From positions 2,560,001 to 2,624,000 of the forward strand of contig OY760074.1 of the NCBI GenBank assembly GCA_963663035.1: a stretch of DNA of 64,000 nucleotides, in the 5' to 3' direction. The stretch's first letter is position 1. The number at the start of each line of letters is the position of its first letter. Below, one piece after another: positions 1 through 10,066 of the stretch. The notes below the pieces were generated by a model that did no database searches, was not told where the DNA came from, and was given only the letters and a program-made list of their open reading frames with translations. Origin of the DNA: Acidobacteriota bacterium. Its GTDB lineage: Bacteria > Acidobacteriota > UBA6911 > RPQK01 > JADFOI01. Made by a program: the position numbers and the translations under genes.

Positions 1-850
1 TGGTGACCCCAGCGGCGGCGTTCTCGAGTAATCCCAGGTGAAGGATCTCTTTTAACTGGTCCGTCTTGTCGGAGAAGTAGCCATCCACCACCACTTCCCG
101 ACGGTACTCCACCCCCAGATCAGCAAAGCCCACTTCAGTCCAGCCCTCCGGGTAATCCTCAGTCTTACCGCCATACATTTCCTCCAGTTGATTCATGGCC
201 GCGGTATTGATGATGTAAGCGGGATGAGCCGCCAGAAGAACAGGCTTCTCCAGACCAGTGATCTCGTCAATCTCCTGGGCGGTCATATCCTCTTTTCGCA
301 GAAAGTCATAGCCCTCTCCCCCACCTGTGCCAAAGGATGGATTGGGCAGATAAAAGAAGCTCCACTGGCCTGGCCTTATATTGCCCATTCGCTCCTTCAT
401 CAGGGTTTCCAAGTTCTTACGAATCTCAACCCGGTTTTGCCCCGGGACCCGAAAGACCTTCACGGCCGTGGTGTCGGGGTTGTCAGCAACCCATCCATTC
501 ATGGCGCCATCGTGGATGTGGGTGTGGACATTGATGACACCGGGAATGATGGTCCTTCCTTTGGCATCAATCCGAATCGTTTCGGGCCCGGTATAGCGAA
601 GGATTTCCGCAGCGCTCCCCAGCTTAAACACCTTGCTGTCACGGACCGCCATGGCCGCGAAGGTTTGCCCCACATTGGGATTGATGTCGTAGTCGTCCAT
701 GGTGACGATCTTGGCGTTGTAAACGATCAACTCCGGGTAGACCAGCAGGTCGGTAGTAATATCAGCCTGTTGAGCTCGTCCAATCAGAGGAGAGAAAATC
801 CAGACAAACAAAACAATCCAAATTCTTGCAGTGTGACCGATTTCTTTCAT
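1..850 (-). CDS. Amidohydrolase family protein (YtcJ-like, amidohydro_3), exported; 3' end runs off the window
   Basis: Not in the ORF track; translated by hand from ATG at 850: MKEIGHTARIWIVLFVWIFSPLIGRAQQ (signal) ...LIVYNAKIVTMD...AMAVRDSKV...IDAKGRTIIPGVINVHTHIHD (HxH metal motif). Confidence 0.85.
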   Translation of the reverse strand, partial: MKEIGHTARIWIVLFVWIFSPLIGRAQQADITTDLLVYPELIVYNAKIVTMDDYDINPNVGQTFAAMAVRDSKVFKLGSAAEILRYTGPETIRIDAKGRTIIPGVINVHTHIHDGAMNGWVADNPDTTAVKVFRVPGQNRVEIRKNLETLMKERMGNIRPGQWSFFYLPNPSFGTGGGEGYDFLRKEDMTAQEIDEITGLEKPVLLAAHPAYIINTAAMNQLEEMYGGKTEDYPEGWTEVGFADLGVEYRREVVVDGYFSDKTDQLKEILHLGLLENAAAGVT

Positions 851-956
851 AGCTTTTCCCCCCTCACTGGATTGAAAACACCCTGTTGAAAATAAAAAAG
901 GGTCTCAGGCCTTTTCTTCCTTATCCTCTTGTGTTTAGAATACATCGCAAAAAATT

Positions 957-2837
957 ATGGGTTGCCCGCTAACCTATAAACTTAGTAAGCCTTTGTCAAG
1001 GTTCGGGCTATCGGAGAGGATCACAAGGAAGGAAGCTATTAAAAAAGGAAACAAGTATCGGATTTTACTTCTCTCAGGCCTGCTGATTCTATTGGTACTG
1101 TACGCCCTCTCTCCCACAACCTCGACGTTGACAACGGTTCGTGGGAATCCCGTCACAGTGGATCAACTGAAACCCGATAAGGTTTTGTTCAATGGCAAGA
1201 TCGTCACCGTTGACCAGGATTTCAGCATCGCCGAGGCAGTGGCGATCAAAACTGGAAAATTCGTGGCGGTGGGCACAAACGCTGAAATCCGGGCGTTGAT
1301 CGGGCCGAACACGGAAGAGATCGATTTGGAGGGAAGAACTGTTTTGCCCGGGTTTACTGATCCGCATGTACATTTTGCCCACAAGGTGGGCAAGATCGAC
1401 GACGCTATTGAAGAGATGTTCAGTCAAGCCCGCTCAATTGAGGAGGTACGGAAGGCAGTACAACTGAAGGCGGCCGAAACTCCTCCCGAAGAGATCATCT
1501 GGTTTTCAAGGGGACCCTCTCGAGAGCGTATGGGGATAGACCGCTGGCCCAACCGCTATGATCTGGATCCGGTGTCGCCGGATAATCCTGTCATTCTGGG
1601 TTTTGCTGCGGATCACGTGACGGTGGTCAACAGTAAGCTGATCGATATGGTGGGCACAATCACCAAGGATACACCACAGCCCTACGAAAGGGGATTCGCA
1701 GGCGAGATCGTCAAGGACCCCGACACCGGAGAGCCCACCGGCATCTTGCTGGAAAAGGGAGCCACCACTCTGGCTCGCGGTCCCTTCAACCTCTACCCCA
1801 CAGAGACGCTCGAAGAGAACATCAAGAGAGGCTCCGAGAAGGTGGTCCAGTACGGCATCACAAGCCTCTTTGACCCCTGCACCAATATCGGAAAGGGCAT
1901 GGACAATCAGCCTGGCTTACAGGCCTACCAGCGCCTCAGTGCACAGGGGGAGCTGACGGTTCGCATCAGTGCCATGATCCGAATGCCCATCCGGGTGCAA
2001 ACCCTTGAAGAGAATCTGGACTTCCTCAAGAACTTTCTCTTTGCTCCCGGATTTCGCAATGATCGGCTCAGAATAGGGACTCTGAAAGTCAGCGTTGATG
2101 GCTCGGGGATGCGCGTGCCCCCGGAAAAGGTAAAGGCCATTCTCAAAGCGGCCCACAAGGCAGGCTGGCAGCTGTATATTCATCTCAGCAGCGGTGAATC
2201 TTTCGATGTCGTGACCGACGCTCTGGAAGAAGCCTATACAGAATTTCCACGCCAGGACGCTCGCCATGTCATCACTCACGCCCGCTGGCCCTCTCAGAAG
2301 AATATCGAAGTTCTGAAGAAATACGATGTCATAGTTGAACCGCAAATGGGTTTCTCCCGGGCCAATGATCCGATTCCGCCGGCCCCCCCTTCGGGCAGGC
2401 TCGCTGAAACCCCAAATAACGCACCCCCCGACCGATATGGACCGAGACCGGCCAGAACCTATCTGGACAATGGCATCCGTGTCATGACCGGCTCAGATCA
2501 GAAGCCCATTGGCCCGTTATTTACAGTCTGGGGGGCTGTGAATCGCTTGCGCAGCTCGGGAAAGGTACTGCAGCCGGAGCAGCGGATGACCCTGGAAGAG
2601 GCCATCCGCGCAATCACGATCGTCCCGGCCTACTCCATCTTTGAGGAGAACATCAAAGGCTCGATAGAGGTTGGGAAATTGGCAGATCTGGTGGTGCTGG
2701 GAAGAGACATTTTGACCGTCCCCCACGAACAAATTCGGGAAGTACCTGTGATGATGACTATGATTGGGGGAAAATTCGTGTATATTAACCCGAATCAGGA
2801 TCCGAATCAGAAGGTTGTGTATCCTTATTTCGGCTGA
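957..2837 (+). CDS. Amidohydrolase family protein (YtcJ-like), exported
   Basis: VLFNGKIVTVD, DLEGRTVLPGFTDPHVH, GEPTGILLE, GSD, KGSIEVGKLADLVVL; hydrophobic N-terminal segment; true start uncertain. Confidence 0.9.
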   Translation: MGCPLTYKLSKPLSRFGLSERITRKEAIKKGNKYRILLLSGLLILLVLYALSPTTSTLTTVRGNPVTVDQLKPDKVLFNGKIVTVDQDFSIAEAVAIKTGKFVAVGTNAEIRALIGPNTEEIDLEGRTVLPGFTDPHVHFAHKVGKIDDAIEEMFSQARSIEEVRKAVQLKAAETPPEEIIWFSRGPSRERMGIDRWPNRYDLDPVSPDNPVILGFAADHVTVVNSKLIDMVGTITKDTPQPYERGFAGEIVKDPDTGEPTGILLEKGATTLARGPFNLYPTETLEENIKRGSEKVVQYGITSLFDPCTNIGKGMDNQPGLQAYQRLSAQGELTVRISAMIRMPIRVQTLEENLDFLKNFLFAPGFRNDRLRIGTLKVSVDGSGMRVPPEKVKAILKAAHKAGWQLYIHLSSGESFDVVTDALEEAYTEFPRQDARHVITHARWPSQKNIEVLKKYDVIVEPQMGFSRANDPIPPAPPSGRLAETPNNAPPDRYGPRPARTYLDNGIRVMTGSDQKPIGPLFTVWGAVNRLRSSGKVLQPEQRMTLEEAIRAITIVPAYSIFEENIKGSIEVGKLADLVVLGRDILTVPHEQIREVPVMMTMIGGKFVYINPNQDPNQKVVYPYFG

Positions 2838-2848
2838 ATAGTTACGAA

Positions 2849-3730
2849 ATGATACCAGGTGAAATCGAGGAAAACCTCTACTACATCGAGCTCTTCACCA
2901 AGAAGAAGATTCGCAACCCTTTAGTGGGCAACCATATCAGCTTGCTCAAGGGCCACGGCTACGACTTCTGGGACCACAAGAAGTACCAGTTTGGGGACGA
3001 CACCCGGAAAATTGACTGGAATGCGACAGCAAGGATGGGATATACCCTCATCAAAAATACCCATGAGGAGAAGGATATCGATATTTTTGTGATGGGGGAC
3101 TTGTCCAACTCCATGAATTTCGTCACCGGGAGACATTCTAAAAAAGAGCTCTTGATGTACATCACAGCCATGTTGGCCTACTCTGCCTTAGCCGATCAGA
3201 TGCGGGTCGGCTTCCTGGGGTTTTCGGATCAGGTCGAAATCGAGATCAAGCCGAAAAAAGGCAGGGCACACTTGTGGTCAATATTGAACCAGTTGTGGGA
3301 GTTCACACCCCACAAACATAAGACAACCTGCGTCATGCCCGCCTTTGAGCAGCTCCGCCAGTGTTTGAGTAGAATGAGTATTGTCTTCCTGATCTCGGAT
3401 TTCTATTTTCAAGAAGACATGTTCAAAGAACTCATCTTTAAGCAACTGGTTTCCAAGAATGACTTGATTCCCATTCTTCTCAACGACCCCTTCGAAGAGA
3501 ACTTACCCCAGGGGAGCGGTTATCTGCGACTTCGGGACCTGGAAACAGGTCGGCAACAATATGTTCGTCTGTCTGCAAGGAACCGGCTTCTCTACTGTGA
3601 GCATCTCAGAGAACGACATCGTGCCCTGATTAGGCAATTTTATCAGTTTGGTCTAGACTTTCAGGAGATCCAGACGAACGAGTCTTTTTACGAATTGCTT
3701 TTTAGTTTATTTTTGATGAGGAAGAGATGA
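2849..3730 (+). CDS. DUF58 domain protein (MoxR-associated, VWA-like)
   Basis: G-H-G-Y-D-F...YQFGDDTRKIDWNATAR, DLSNSM, VFLISDFY, LRDLETG motifs. Confidence 0.9.
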   Translation: MIPGEIEENLYYIELFTKKKIRNPLVGNHISLLKGHGYDFWDHKKYQFGDDTRKIDWNATARMGYTLIKNTHEEKDIDIFVMGDLSNSMNFVTGRHSKKELLMYITAMLAYSALADQMRVGFLGFSDQVEIEIKPKKGRAHLWSILNQLWEFTPHKHKTTCVMPAFEQLRQCLSRMSIVFLISDFYFQEDMFKELIFKQLVSKNDLIPILLNDPFEENLPQGSGYLRLRDLETGRQQYVRLSARNRLLYCEHLRERHRALIRQFYQFGLDFQEIQTNESFYELLFSLFLMRKR

Positions 3731-4683
3731 TGCGAAATGGACTGATCACCGTAGTTTTACTTGTTGGCATGACCCTTTCATTGAATGCCCAGACCGAGGA
3801 GGAGGCTCCAACTGACATTAGCTTCGAGAGAAGCATCAGCCAGACCTCAGTGTGGGCGGGGGACCGAGTTCACTATCTGATCACCCTGACGGTAGGGCCG
3901 GATGTGAAAATCGCCATGGGGGACTTTGACGAAGTGAATGTCAGCTTCGAGCCTTTCTTTCTGATGGAATTGGTGCACAGCGAAGAAGTAGTGGGGGAAC
4001 AGGTTCGACATGTCTTCGATTACCTGTTGGCGAACTATGAAATCGGTGACAAGATAGTGGAAATTCCTGGTCTGATCTTTCGCTACGAAACGCCTGGACC
4101 AGTGGAAGCGAACGCAGCCACTACCAAAGAAATGCAGATCCCCCCATTGCCAATATCGGTACGAAGCACACTGAATCAGCCGCTCAATGAATCATGGATT
4201 CTGGAAAACCTTCCCATCACCCAGCTCCCCATCGGAAGTTGGGTGCCCCTTATCGCCGGTCTGGGGGGGTTGCTGATCAGTACCTTGCCGCTGGGAGTTT
4301 GGGTTTGGAAAAAAGTGCCCGACTGGCAAGCACGGAGGCGCCAGTTGAGCCGGAAACAGTTCCTGACCCAATGCTCAGCCTCAATAGGTCAGCTGGAAAA
4401 ACGTTTTCCCAACAACAATGCTGAGATCAAAGATCATTACCACGACCTGGAGCAGATAGTGGGTAAATACATCCATTATTTCTGGGATATTCAAGCCCAA
4501 GGGCTGACCCATGCAGAGTTAGCGACCAGGCTGAAGCAGGGACAGCTCCTCCCCAAGCAAAGTGAAGCTCTTAGTGGAGTTCTTGACCATGGTCAGAGCT
4601 GCCGCTATGCCCCAGATAGCAGCTCCGGGTGGGAAGACACCCTGCGGCAGGATCTCCAGCAAATTAAGCAAATGTGTGTCTAG
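3727..4683 (+). CDS. BatD/MxaA-like exported membrane-anchored protein
   Basis: Signal peptide, Ig-like N-domain (SVWAGDRVHYLITL), one TM helix, C-terminal helical domain; lies between DUF58 and VWA genes. Confidence 0.6.
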   Translation: MMRNGLITVVLLVGMTLSLNAQTEEEAPTDISFERSISQTSVWAGDRVHYLITLTVGPDVKIAMGDFDEVNVSFEPFFLMELVHSEEVVGEQVRHVFDYLLANYEIGDKIVEIPGLIFRYETPGPVEANAATTKEMQIPPLPISVRSTLNQPLNESWILENLPITQLPIGSWVPLIAGLGGLLISTLPLGVWVWKKVPDWQARRRQLSRKQFLTQCSASIGQLEKRFPNNNAEIKDHYHDLEQIVGKYIHYFWDIQAQGLTHAELATRLKQGQLLPKQSEALSGVLDHGQSCRYAPDSSSGWEDTLRQDLQQIKQMCV

Positions 4684-4689
4684 GAAGCC

Positions 4690-5703
4690 GTGCAATTCGA
4701 ACAATTTGACCTCCTGTACAAGGTTCTAATCCCGGTCTTTCTTCTGCTGGCGCTCATCCAGTGGAGGAAGAAAAAGCACTTCCTGGCCCACAGCCTGGTG
4801 AGTGATCCGCTCATGCGATCCATGAAGCCTTCTTCTCTCAGGCTTCTCCCGCGAGTCTTCCTCATCATTGGGCTGGTGGCTGCCGGACTTGCCCTGATGG
4901 AGCCCCGTATTACCTTCCAAGAAGGTGTCACACAGTTGGAAGGGCTGGACATTATTCTGGTCGTCGATCTTTCCTCCAGCATGCAAGAGGTGATGGGGGG
5001 ATGGGAAGAACATCGAGAGATGTACCAGGCACGAGTCCAGGGAGGTGCCACGGGCCTCCCTATTCCTGAGACCCGAATGCAGGCTGTCCAAAACGCCATA
5101 CTGGATTTCGTGTCAAAACGAAAGAGTGATCGACTAGCTCTGGTCACTTTCTCTGAAAGTAGTTACGTGGTCACTCCTCTGACCACTGATCGCACTTATC
5201 TGGAGAAATACATTTCCCTGGTAGATCCAGCCATATTGATCGGTGAAGGGATGACTGCTATTGGGGAAGGCATCAATACGGCGATCGAGCTGTTTCGACG
5301 CGAAGATGATCCGGAAACCAAAAACAAGGTGATTCTTATTTTCAGCGACGGCGAACACAACTATGGAAGAGATCCGGTGGATGCGCTCAGCGAGGCACGT
5401 TTTTATGGTTATCGTGTCTATCTCATTGGGGTGGAGCTGGGAGCAGAGATCACTGGAAAAGAGCGAGTACAGGCGCTCATTCAGGCGATTTCGGACTCAG
5501 GGGGGCAGTATTATGACGCCGCTAACCAAAGCGAACTAGAAAAGGCTTATTCATCGATTGACCAGATTGAAAAGGGGGTGTTTGTCCAGCGGTCTCTGGA
5601 GACCAACGTTCCCTATTATCAGATTTTTCTCTCCACATCCCTCGTCTTCCTCTCGATGAGCCTTGTCCTCAGTACCGTTCCCTATTTCATCGAAATCAGT
5701 TAG
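4690..5703 (+). CDS. VWA domain membrane protein (BatA/MxaC-like)
   Basis: MIDAS DLSSSM, PLTTDR, TAIGEGI, IFSDGEHN; N- and C-terminal TM helices. Confidence 0.9.
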   Translation: MQFEQFDLLYKVLIPVFLLLALIQWRKKKHFLAHSLVSDPLMRSMKPSSLRLLPRVFLIIGLVAAGLALMEPRITFQEGVTQLEGLDIILVVDLSSSMQEVMGGWEEHREMYQARVQGGATGLPIPETRMQAVQNAILDFVSKRKSDRLALVTFSESSYVVTPLTTDRTYLEKYISLVDPAILIGEGMTAIGEGINTAIELFRREDDPETKNKVILIFSDGEHNYGRDPVDALSEARFYGYRVYLIGVELGAEITGKERVQALIQAISDSGGQYYDAANQSELEKAYSSIDQIEKGVFVQRSLETNVPYYQIFLSTSLVFLSMSLVLSTVPYFIEIS

Positions 5704-5864
5704 CTCAGCTAGTGGAGAGGACTCCACAGTCTGCTGGCGTACTAGCTGAAAGGGCAAAGACAGCCTTTCCTCTCTTCCTGATGAAAAACCCCTTCAGTTG
5801 ATGTATAATCAAAGATAACCGACTAATAACTAGGAAATAGCTCAAAGGATAAGAGAGGGAACAA

Positions 5865-7460
5865 ATGGTGAAAATGGCGAGGATTTTTCTATTTGCCGCT
5901 GTGGGGTCCTCATTACTTCTAGGATCTTTGACGGCCCAGTCCCGCGACGAAGAAGAGGTGGATTACTTCAAAAAGTGGTTGGAAGAAGATGTGCTTTATA
6001 CCATCACTGCGGAAGAGAAAACGGTCTTCAATAAACTGCAGACCATCGAAGAAAGGGAAAGATTCATCGAACAATTCTGGGCTCGACGCGACCCCTCCCC
6101 GCGAACCAGTTACAACGAATACAAGGAAGAACACTACCGACGTATCCAGTATTCCAATGAACGCTATGCCTCAGGCATTCCGGGTTGGAAAACGGATCGT
6201 GGAATGATCTACATCAAGTTCGGTGAGCCCGATCGTATCGAAGCTCATCCCACCGGGGGCTATATGCAGCGACCGACTTGGGAAGGTGGTGGGTTCACCA
6301 GCCATTTTCCTTTCGAAACCTGGGAGTACCGCTACCTGGAAGGCGTTGGGCAGGATATAGAGATCGAATTCGTGGATAACACCCAAACCGGTGAGTACCA
6401 CATCACAATGAACCCCTGGGAGAAGGATGCGCTGTTAACCTCCGGTGGCGGAGACACGGATAAGGAGGCCGATGGAACAGGGAACAGGGTGGATCGAGTG
6501 CGGCCCTTGACCAACCCCATGCCCGATAATAATCCGCTCCTGATTGGCTATGGCAGAGTCAAGGATCAACCCTTTGAGAAATTGAACCTCCTGGCCAACC
6601 TGCAAAGACCACCCAGTATCAATTTTGACGATTTCAAACGTCCCGAGGTCATCACCAACATCCGCTATGAGCTGCTGCCATTTGAGGTCGGGGTCAACCA
6701 TTTCCCTGTGGACGAGAACAATTACCTGGTGCCTGTGACCATAGTGGTCCCCCTCAGACACCTCGATTACGTCCGTGAGGGCGACCTGTATCGCTCTTCC
6801 ATTGACGTTTATGGTCAGGTGAGCTCCATCAGCGGGCAAGTGATTGAGGTCTTTGAGGAGACCATCGGAAGTACAAGGGAGTCAGCCGCAGCAAGCGGGA
6901 GTGCAGACCAGCAATCCATGTACCAGAAATCACTGCAGCTGCCGCCCGGTCGTTATAAGCTGGATGTGATCCTTCACGACGCAAATAGTGAAAAAGTGGG
7001 GACCAGAAGCACCGGTATTATCCTTCCCACAGTCTCAAGTGATGAACTGACCATTAGCTCAGTGGTGCTGGCCAATCGCATTGAAATTCGAGACGAAATG
7101 AGCCAGGCTAGTGCTTTTGGCCCGGCTAAGGTCTTTCCCAACGTCTCGGGAGCGTATCTGCCCGACCAGACTGTCCTCCTCTTTTTTCAACTCTCGAACT
7201 TCAAGATTGACGCTTCCTCCCAATCAGGCTATCTCCTCAGCACAGCTGAACTCATGCAGGGTTTCCAGAAGCTCCACAGCGAACAGTTTACGATTGACAG
7301 TTCGAATGCCGAAAACCGAGAGCGGCTTCATTTGGTCCACCAGTTCGACTTGGCGGGTCTGAAGCCGGGTGAATATGAGGTGGTGCTCGAGGTCCAGGAT
7401 CAGATTGCCGAGCAGAGCCTCCAGCGCCGGATACCGTTTAGCATTGTCCCTTCGAATTGA
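5865..7460 (+). CDS. GWxTD domain protein
   Basis: FIEQFWARRDPSP...EEHYRR...PGWKTDRGMIYIKFGEPD; signal peptide. Confidence 0.92.
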   Translation: MVKMARIFLFAAVGSSLLLGSLTAQSRDEEEVDYFKKWLEEDVLYTITAEEKTVFNKLQTIEERERFIEQFWARRDPSPRTSYNEYKEEHYRRIQYSNERYASGIPGWKTDRGMIYIKFGEPDRIEAHPTGGYMQRPTWEGGGFTSHFPFETWEYRYLEGVGQDIEIEFVDNTQTGEYHITMNPWEKDALLTSGGGDTDKEADGTGNRVDRVRPLTNPMPDNNPLLIGYGRVKDQPFEKLNLLANLQRPPSINFDDFKRPEVITNIRYELLPFEVGVNHFPVDENNYLVPVTIVVPLRHLDYVREGDLYRSSIDVYGQVSSISGQVIEVFEETIGSTRESAAASGSADQQSMYQKSLQLPPGRYKLDVILHDANSEKVGTRSTGIILPTVSSDELTISSVVLANRIEIRDEMSQASAFGPAKVFPNVSGAYLPDQTVLLFFQLSNFKIDASSQSGYLLSTAELMQGFQKLHSEQFTIDSSNAENRERLHLVHQFDLAGLKPGEYEVVLEVQDQIAEQSLQRRIPFSIVPSN

Positions 7461-7469
7461 GGTCATCCC

Positions 7470-8543
7470 ATGTTTCTATCCTTGCTTCTCTTAGTGTTTA
7501 CGCTGCAAACCCATGAGAGTGAAGATATCTCGCGCTGGCTGGGCTATCTCGAGAGTGGAAATTTAGAGGAATTGAGAGAAGCCATCCGCCAGGAACCCGA
7601 CGAAGCCAAGGCTGCAGTTGAATCGCTCATGGCCGACTTCGATCACTCCATCCACTCATGGCGCGACGCACCAGAACAGCGCAGGGTCAACTACTCGGAG
7701 ACCCTTCTCGATAGCGGGTTGCGACTGACTCAGATGGTGACGGAGGTGACGGGAGACGAATTCCTTCAAAGACGCTTCGAAGCCCGAAGGGACCGAGTCA
7801 CAGCAACCGAACTCCTCAATGACGGTGAGTTTGAAAGGGCCATGTCCCTGATCCAGGAAGTGCGCTCAACAGCCAGGCAACTGGAAGATCAATCATTTCT
7901 GTTTTCTACCTATCTTTCGAGTGCCTACGCCCACCTGGGAATGGGGATGGCGGAGAAGACCTTGGAGGACAGCGAGACCGCTCTGCAAATTGCCCGCCAG
8001 ATCGGTGAGAAGGTCAAGTACACTCTCGCTCTTTTCAATTTGGGGACGGCTCACCTGCACCTGGGCCATAATGATGAAGCACTTCGCTATTCGAGTGAAG
8101 CGGCTGAGTCCGCGGCCGAGATCGGTAACTCGATTTGGGAGGCCAACGCCTGGCTGAATGTGGGTTACGTTGAGATCACCCAGCGGAACAACCAAGCTGC
8201 AGAGGAAGCCTTTGCGAAGACCTTGAGTCTGTCACAGAAATCGGGCGATCCTGTGGGAGAAGGTCGCGCCTTTTACAATCTTGGGATTGTTTATCTCAAC
8301 CAGAAGGAATGGGTCTTGGCTCGTGAGCATCTGGAAAGCAGCCTCAGGTTCATTCGGGACGTAGACATTCGCCACTCACACGACATCGATGAGTATAACT
8401 CCGTGGAGAAGTTTACGCTGGAAGCCTTGCTTCATATTTATAAGCAATTGAACCTGGAGGATTCCGCTGTGATTGATCCGGTTCGGCATCGCCTGGAAGA
8501 GTTCGCAGGTCAATCCCCCAGCGGTGATCAGCATGCTCATTAG
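7470..8543 (+). CDS. Tetratricopeptide repeat protein, exported
   Basis: Repeated ALFNLG / AWLNVG / AFYNLG TPR helices; N-terminal hydrophobic stretch; HSH and C-terminal HAH. Confidence 0.8.
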   Translation: MFLSLLLLVFTLQTHESEDISRWLGYLESGNLEELREAIRQEPDEAKAAVESLMADFDHSIHSWRDAPEQRRVNYSETLLDSGLRLTQMVTEVTGDEFLQRRFEARRDRVTATELLNDGEFERAMSLIQEVRSTARQLEDQSFLFSTYLSSAYAHLGMGMAEKTLEDSETALQIARQIGEKVKYTLALFNLGTAHLHLGHNDEALRYSSEAAESAAEIGNSIWEANAWLNVGYVEITQRNNQAAEEAFAKTLSLSQKSGDPVGEGRAFYNLGIVYLNQKEWVLAREHLESSLRFIRDVDIRHSHDIDEYNSVEKFTLEALLHIYKQLNLEDSAVIDPVRHRLEEFAGQSPSGDQHAH

Positions 8544-8593
8544 TGTCTCGTGACCTACCTTCACTTCTTGCGCGGAGTTGAGAGCCGATCTTG

Positions 8594-8787
8594 AGCCCGC
8601 ATTATGTATAAATTTTCTGCTGCAGTGGCGCCATCATCCGCGCTGACTGCGTTGTGCTTCCTTCCGCTCCTCGACGTACTGCACGAGTACGGCTGCGGGG
8701 CGCGACCCGTGGCGGGTACCCCTCACACGCCTTGTCATCGCGGCGCTTGCGCCACTTCGCTACGAAAACCTATGCATAATGCGGGCT
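8594..8787. repeat. MITE-like structured repeat, copy A
   Basis: Terminal inverted repeats AGCCCGCATTATGTATA...TATGCATAATGCGGGCT; core shared with copies at 22146, 54899 and 63863. Confidence 0.8.
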
Positions 8788-8846
8788 AGCAACTCCAGCG
8801 AATCCAAGGTGCCTCGTTTCATCAATACGGTATCGGAGTACAGTCG

Positions 8847-10046
8847 TTGAAAGGACCTTTAGCAGGGATTCGCGTACTCGACCTTGCGACCAATATCTCT
8901 GGAGCCTTCGCCACCATGATATTGGCCGATCTGGGTGCGGATGTCGTTAAGGTGGAGCGCCCGGATAAGGGCGACGTCACGCGTGAGATGGGTCCTCACC
9001 AAGGTCAGTGGGGAGCTCACTTCGTAGCCACCAATAGAGGAAAGCGTTCACTGGCCCTGGACGTTCGCCGGCCTGAGGGCTGTGAGGTCATTCTCCGGTT
9101 GGCCCAGCAAAGTGATGTCCTGGTGGAAAGTTTTCTGGGTTGGAAAGCCACCTCGCTGGGTTTTGACGAGAAAGCCGTCCGCGCAGTACGACCCAATATC
9201 ATTTACGTATCACTGTCAGCCTATGGTTCCCGGGGCCCCGATCACGAGAAGCCCGGTTATGACGCGCTCTTACAGGCCCGCACCGGGATCCTGAGCGTAA
9301 CCGGACCACCAGATGGACCTCCAGCGGGTGTTGGAGTGCCGATCCTGGACATGGGCAGCGGAATGTGGGCAGCTCTCGGAATCATGGCAGGCTTGTTCGA
9401 GCGTGAACGCTCGGGAGAGGGGCAGAAGGTAGCGGGCTCGTTGTTTCAGACCGGCGTCATGTGGATGACCTCTCAGTTGCTAGGCCAGCAATTTACCGGC
9501 CAAGATCCCAAGCCGGAGGGGACCTGTCATCCAGATTTTGCGCCCTATGGTGATTTTCCAACTGCTGATGGTACACTTTTGATCAGCATACCCACTGATC
9601 GTCTCTTTGCCCGGCTGTGTATGGCGATCGGTCGCACCGATTGGAACAATGATTCGCGTTATGTCACGAACCGCGACCGCTTGGCGAACCGTCAGCAGCT
9701 GCGTGAGGAAATGGCGTTAGTCCTGAAAGAATCGCCCACAGAAACGTGGTTGGAACAGTTCGGTCAGTATGGTGTACCTGCCAGTCCCGTTCAGGCGGTG
9801 GGTCAATTACTGGAGGATGACCAATTGGCTGCCCTGAAGCAGCTCCAGGAAATCCAGCTGCCGGATGAAGAAGGCCCTTCAGTGCGGCTGCCCCGTTTAC
9901 CGATTGAGTTCTCCCCCACACCTACCGGTATTGCTGGGCCTCCCCCCCATCTCGGTGAACACGGACGAGACATCTTGAGTGAAGTTGGATTTTCCGATGG
10001 GGAAATTGAGAGTTTGGCTCATCAGGGTGTGATTCGACTAGCTTGA
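8847..10046 (+). CDS. CoA-transferase family III (CaiB/BaiF)
   Basis: PLAGIRVLDL, LADLGADVVKVE, NRGKRSLALD, PGYD, catalytic D in PILDMGSG, PPHLGEH. Confidence 0.93.
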   Translation: MKGPLAGIRVLDLATNISGAFATMILADLGADVVKVERPDKGDVTREMGPHQGQWGAHFVATNRGKRSLALDVRRPEGCEVILRLAQQSDVLVESFLGWKATSLGFDEKAVRAVRPNIIYVSLSAYGSRGPDHEKPGYDALLQARTGILSVTGPPDGPPAGVGVPILDMGSGMWAALGIMAGLFERERSGEGQKVAGSLFQTGVMWMTSQLLGQQFTGQDPKPEGTCHPDFAPYGDFPTADGTLLISIPTDRLFARLCMAIGRTDWNNDSRYVTNRDRLANRQQLREEMALVLKESPTETWLEQFGQYGVPASPVQAVGQLLEDDQLAALKQLQEIQLPDEEGPSVRLPRLPIEFSPTPTGIAGPPPHLGEHGRDILSEVGFSDGEIESLAHQGVIRLA

Positions 10047-10066
10047 GAAAAGGAAAGAGGAAAACT

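Noticed and set aside
188-889. 233-aa plus-strand ORF
   Set aside because: Antisense shadow of the minus-strand amidohydrolase; most other short overlapping ORFs in the track were rejected for the same reason
2849-5703. mxaSAC methanol dehydrogenase maturation cluster
   Set aside because: No mxaF/xoxF, PQQ or mxaR genes in the window; only generic DUF58/VWA similarity
8604-8789. Small ORFs sharing GTP.TPCHRGAC (also 21892-22344)
   Set aside because: Arise from the MITE-like repeat; frames and lengths are not conserved between copies
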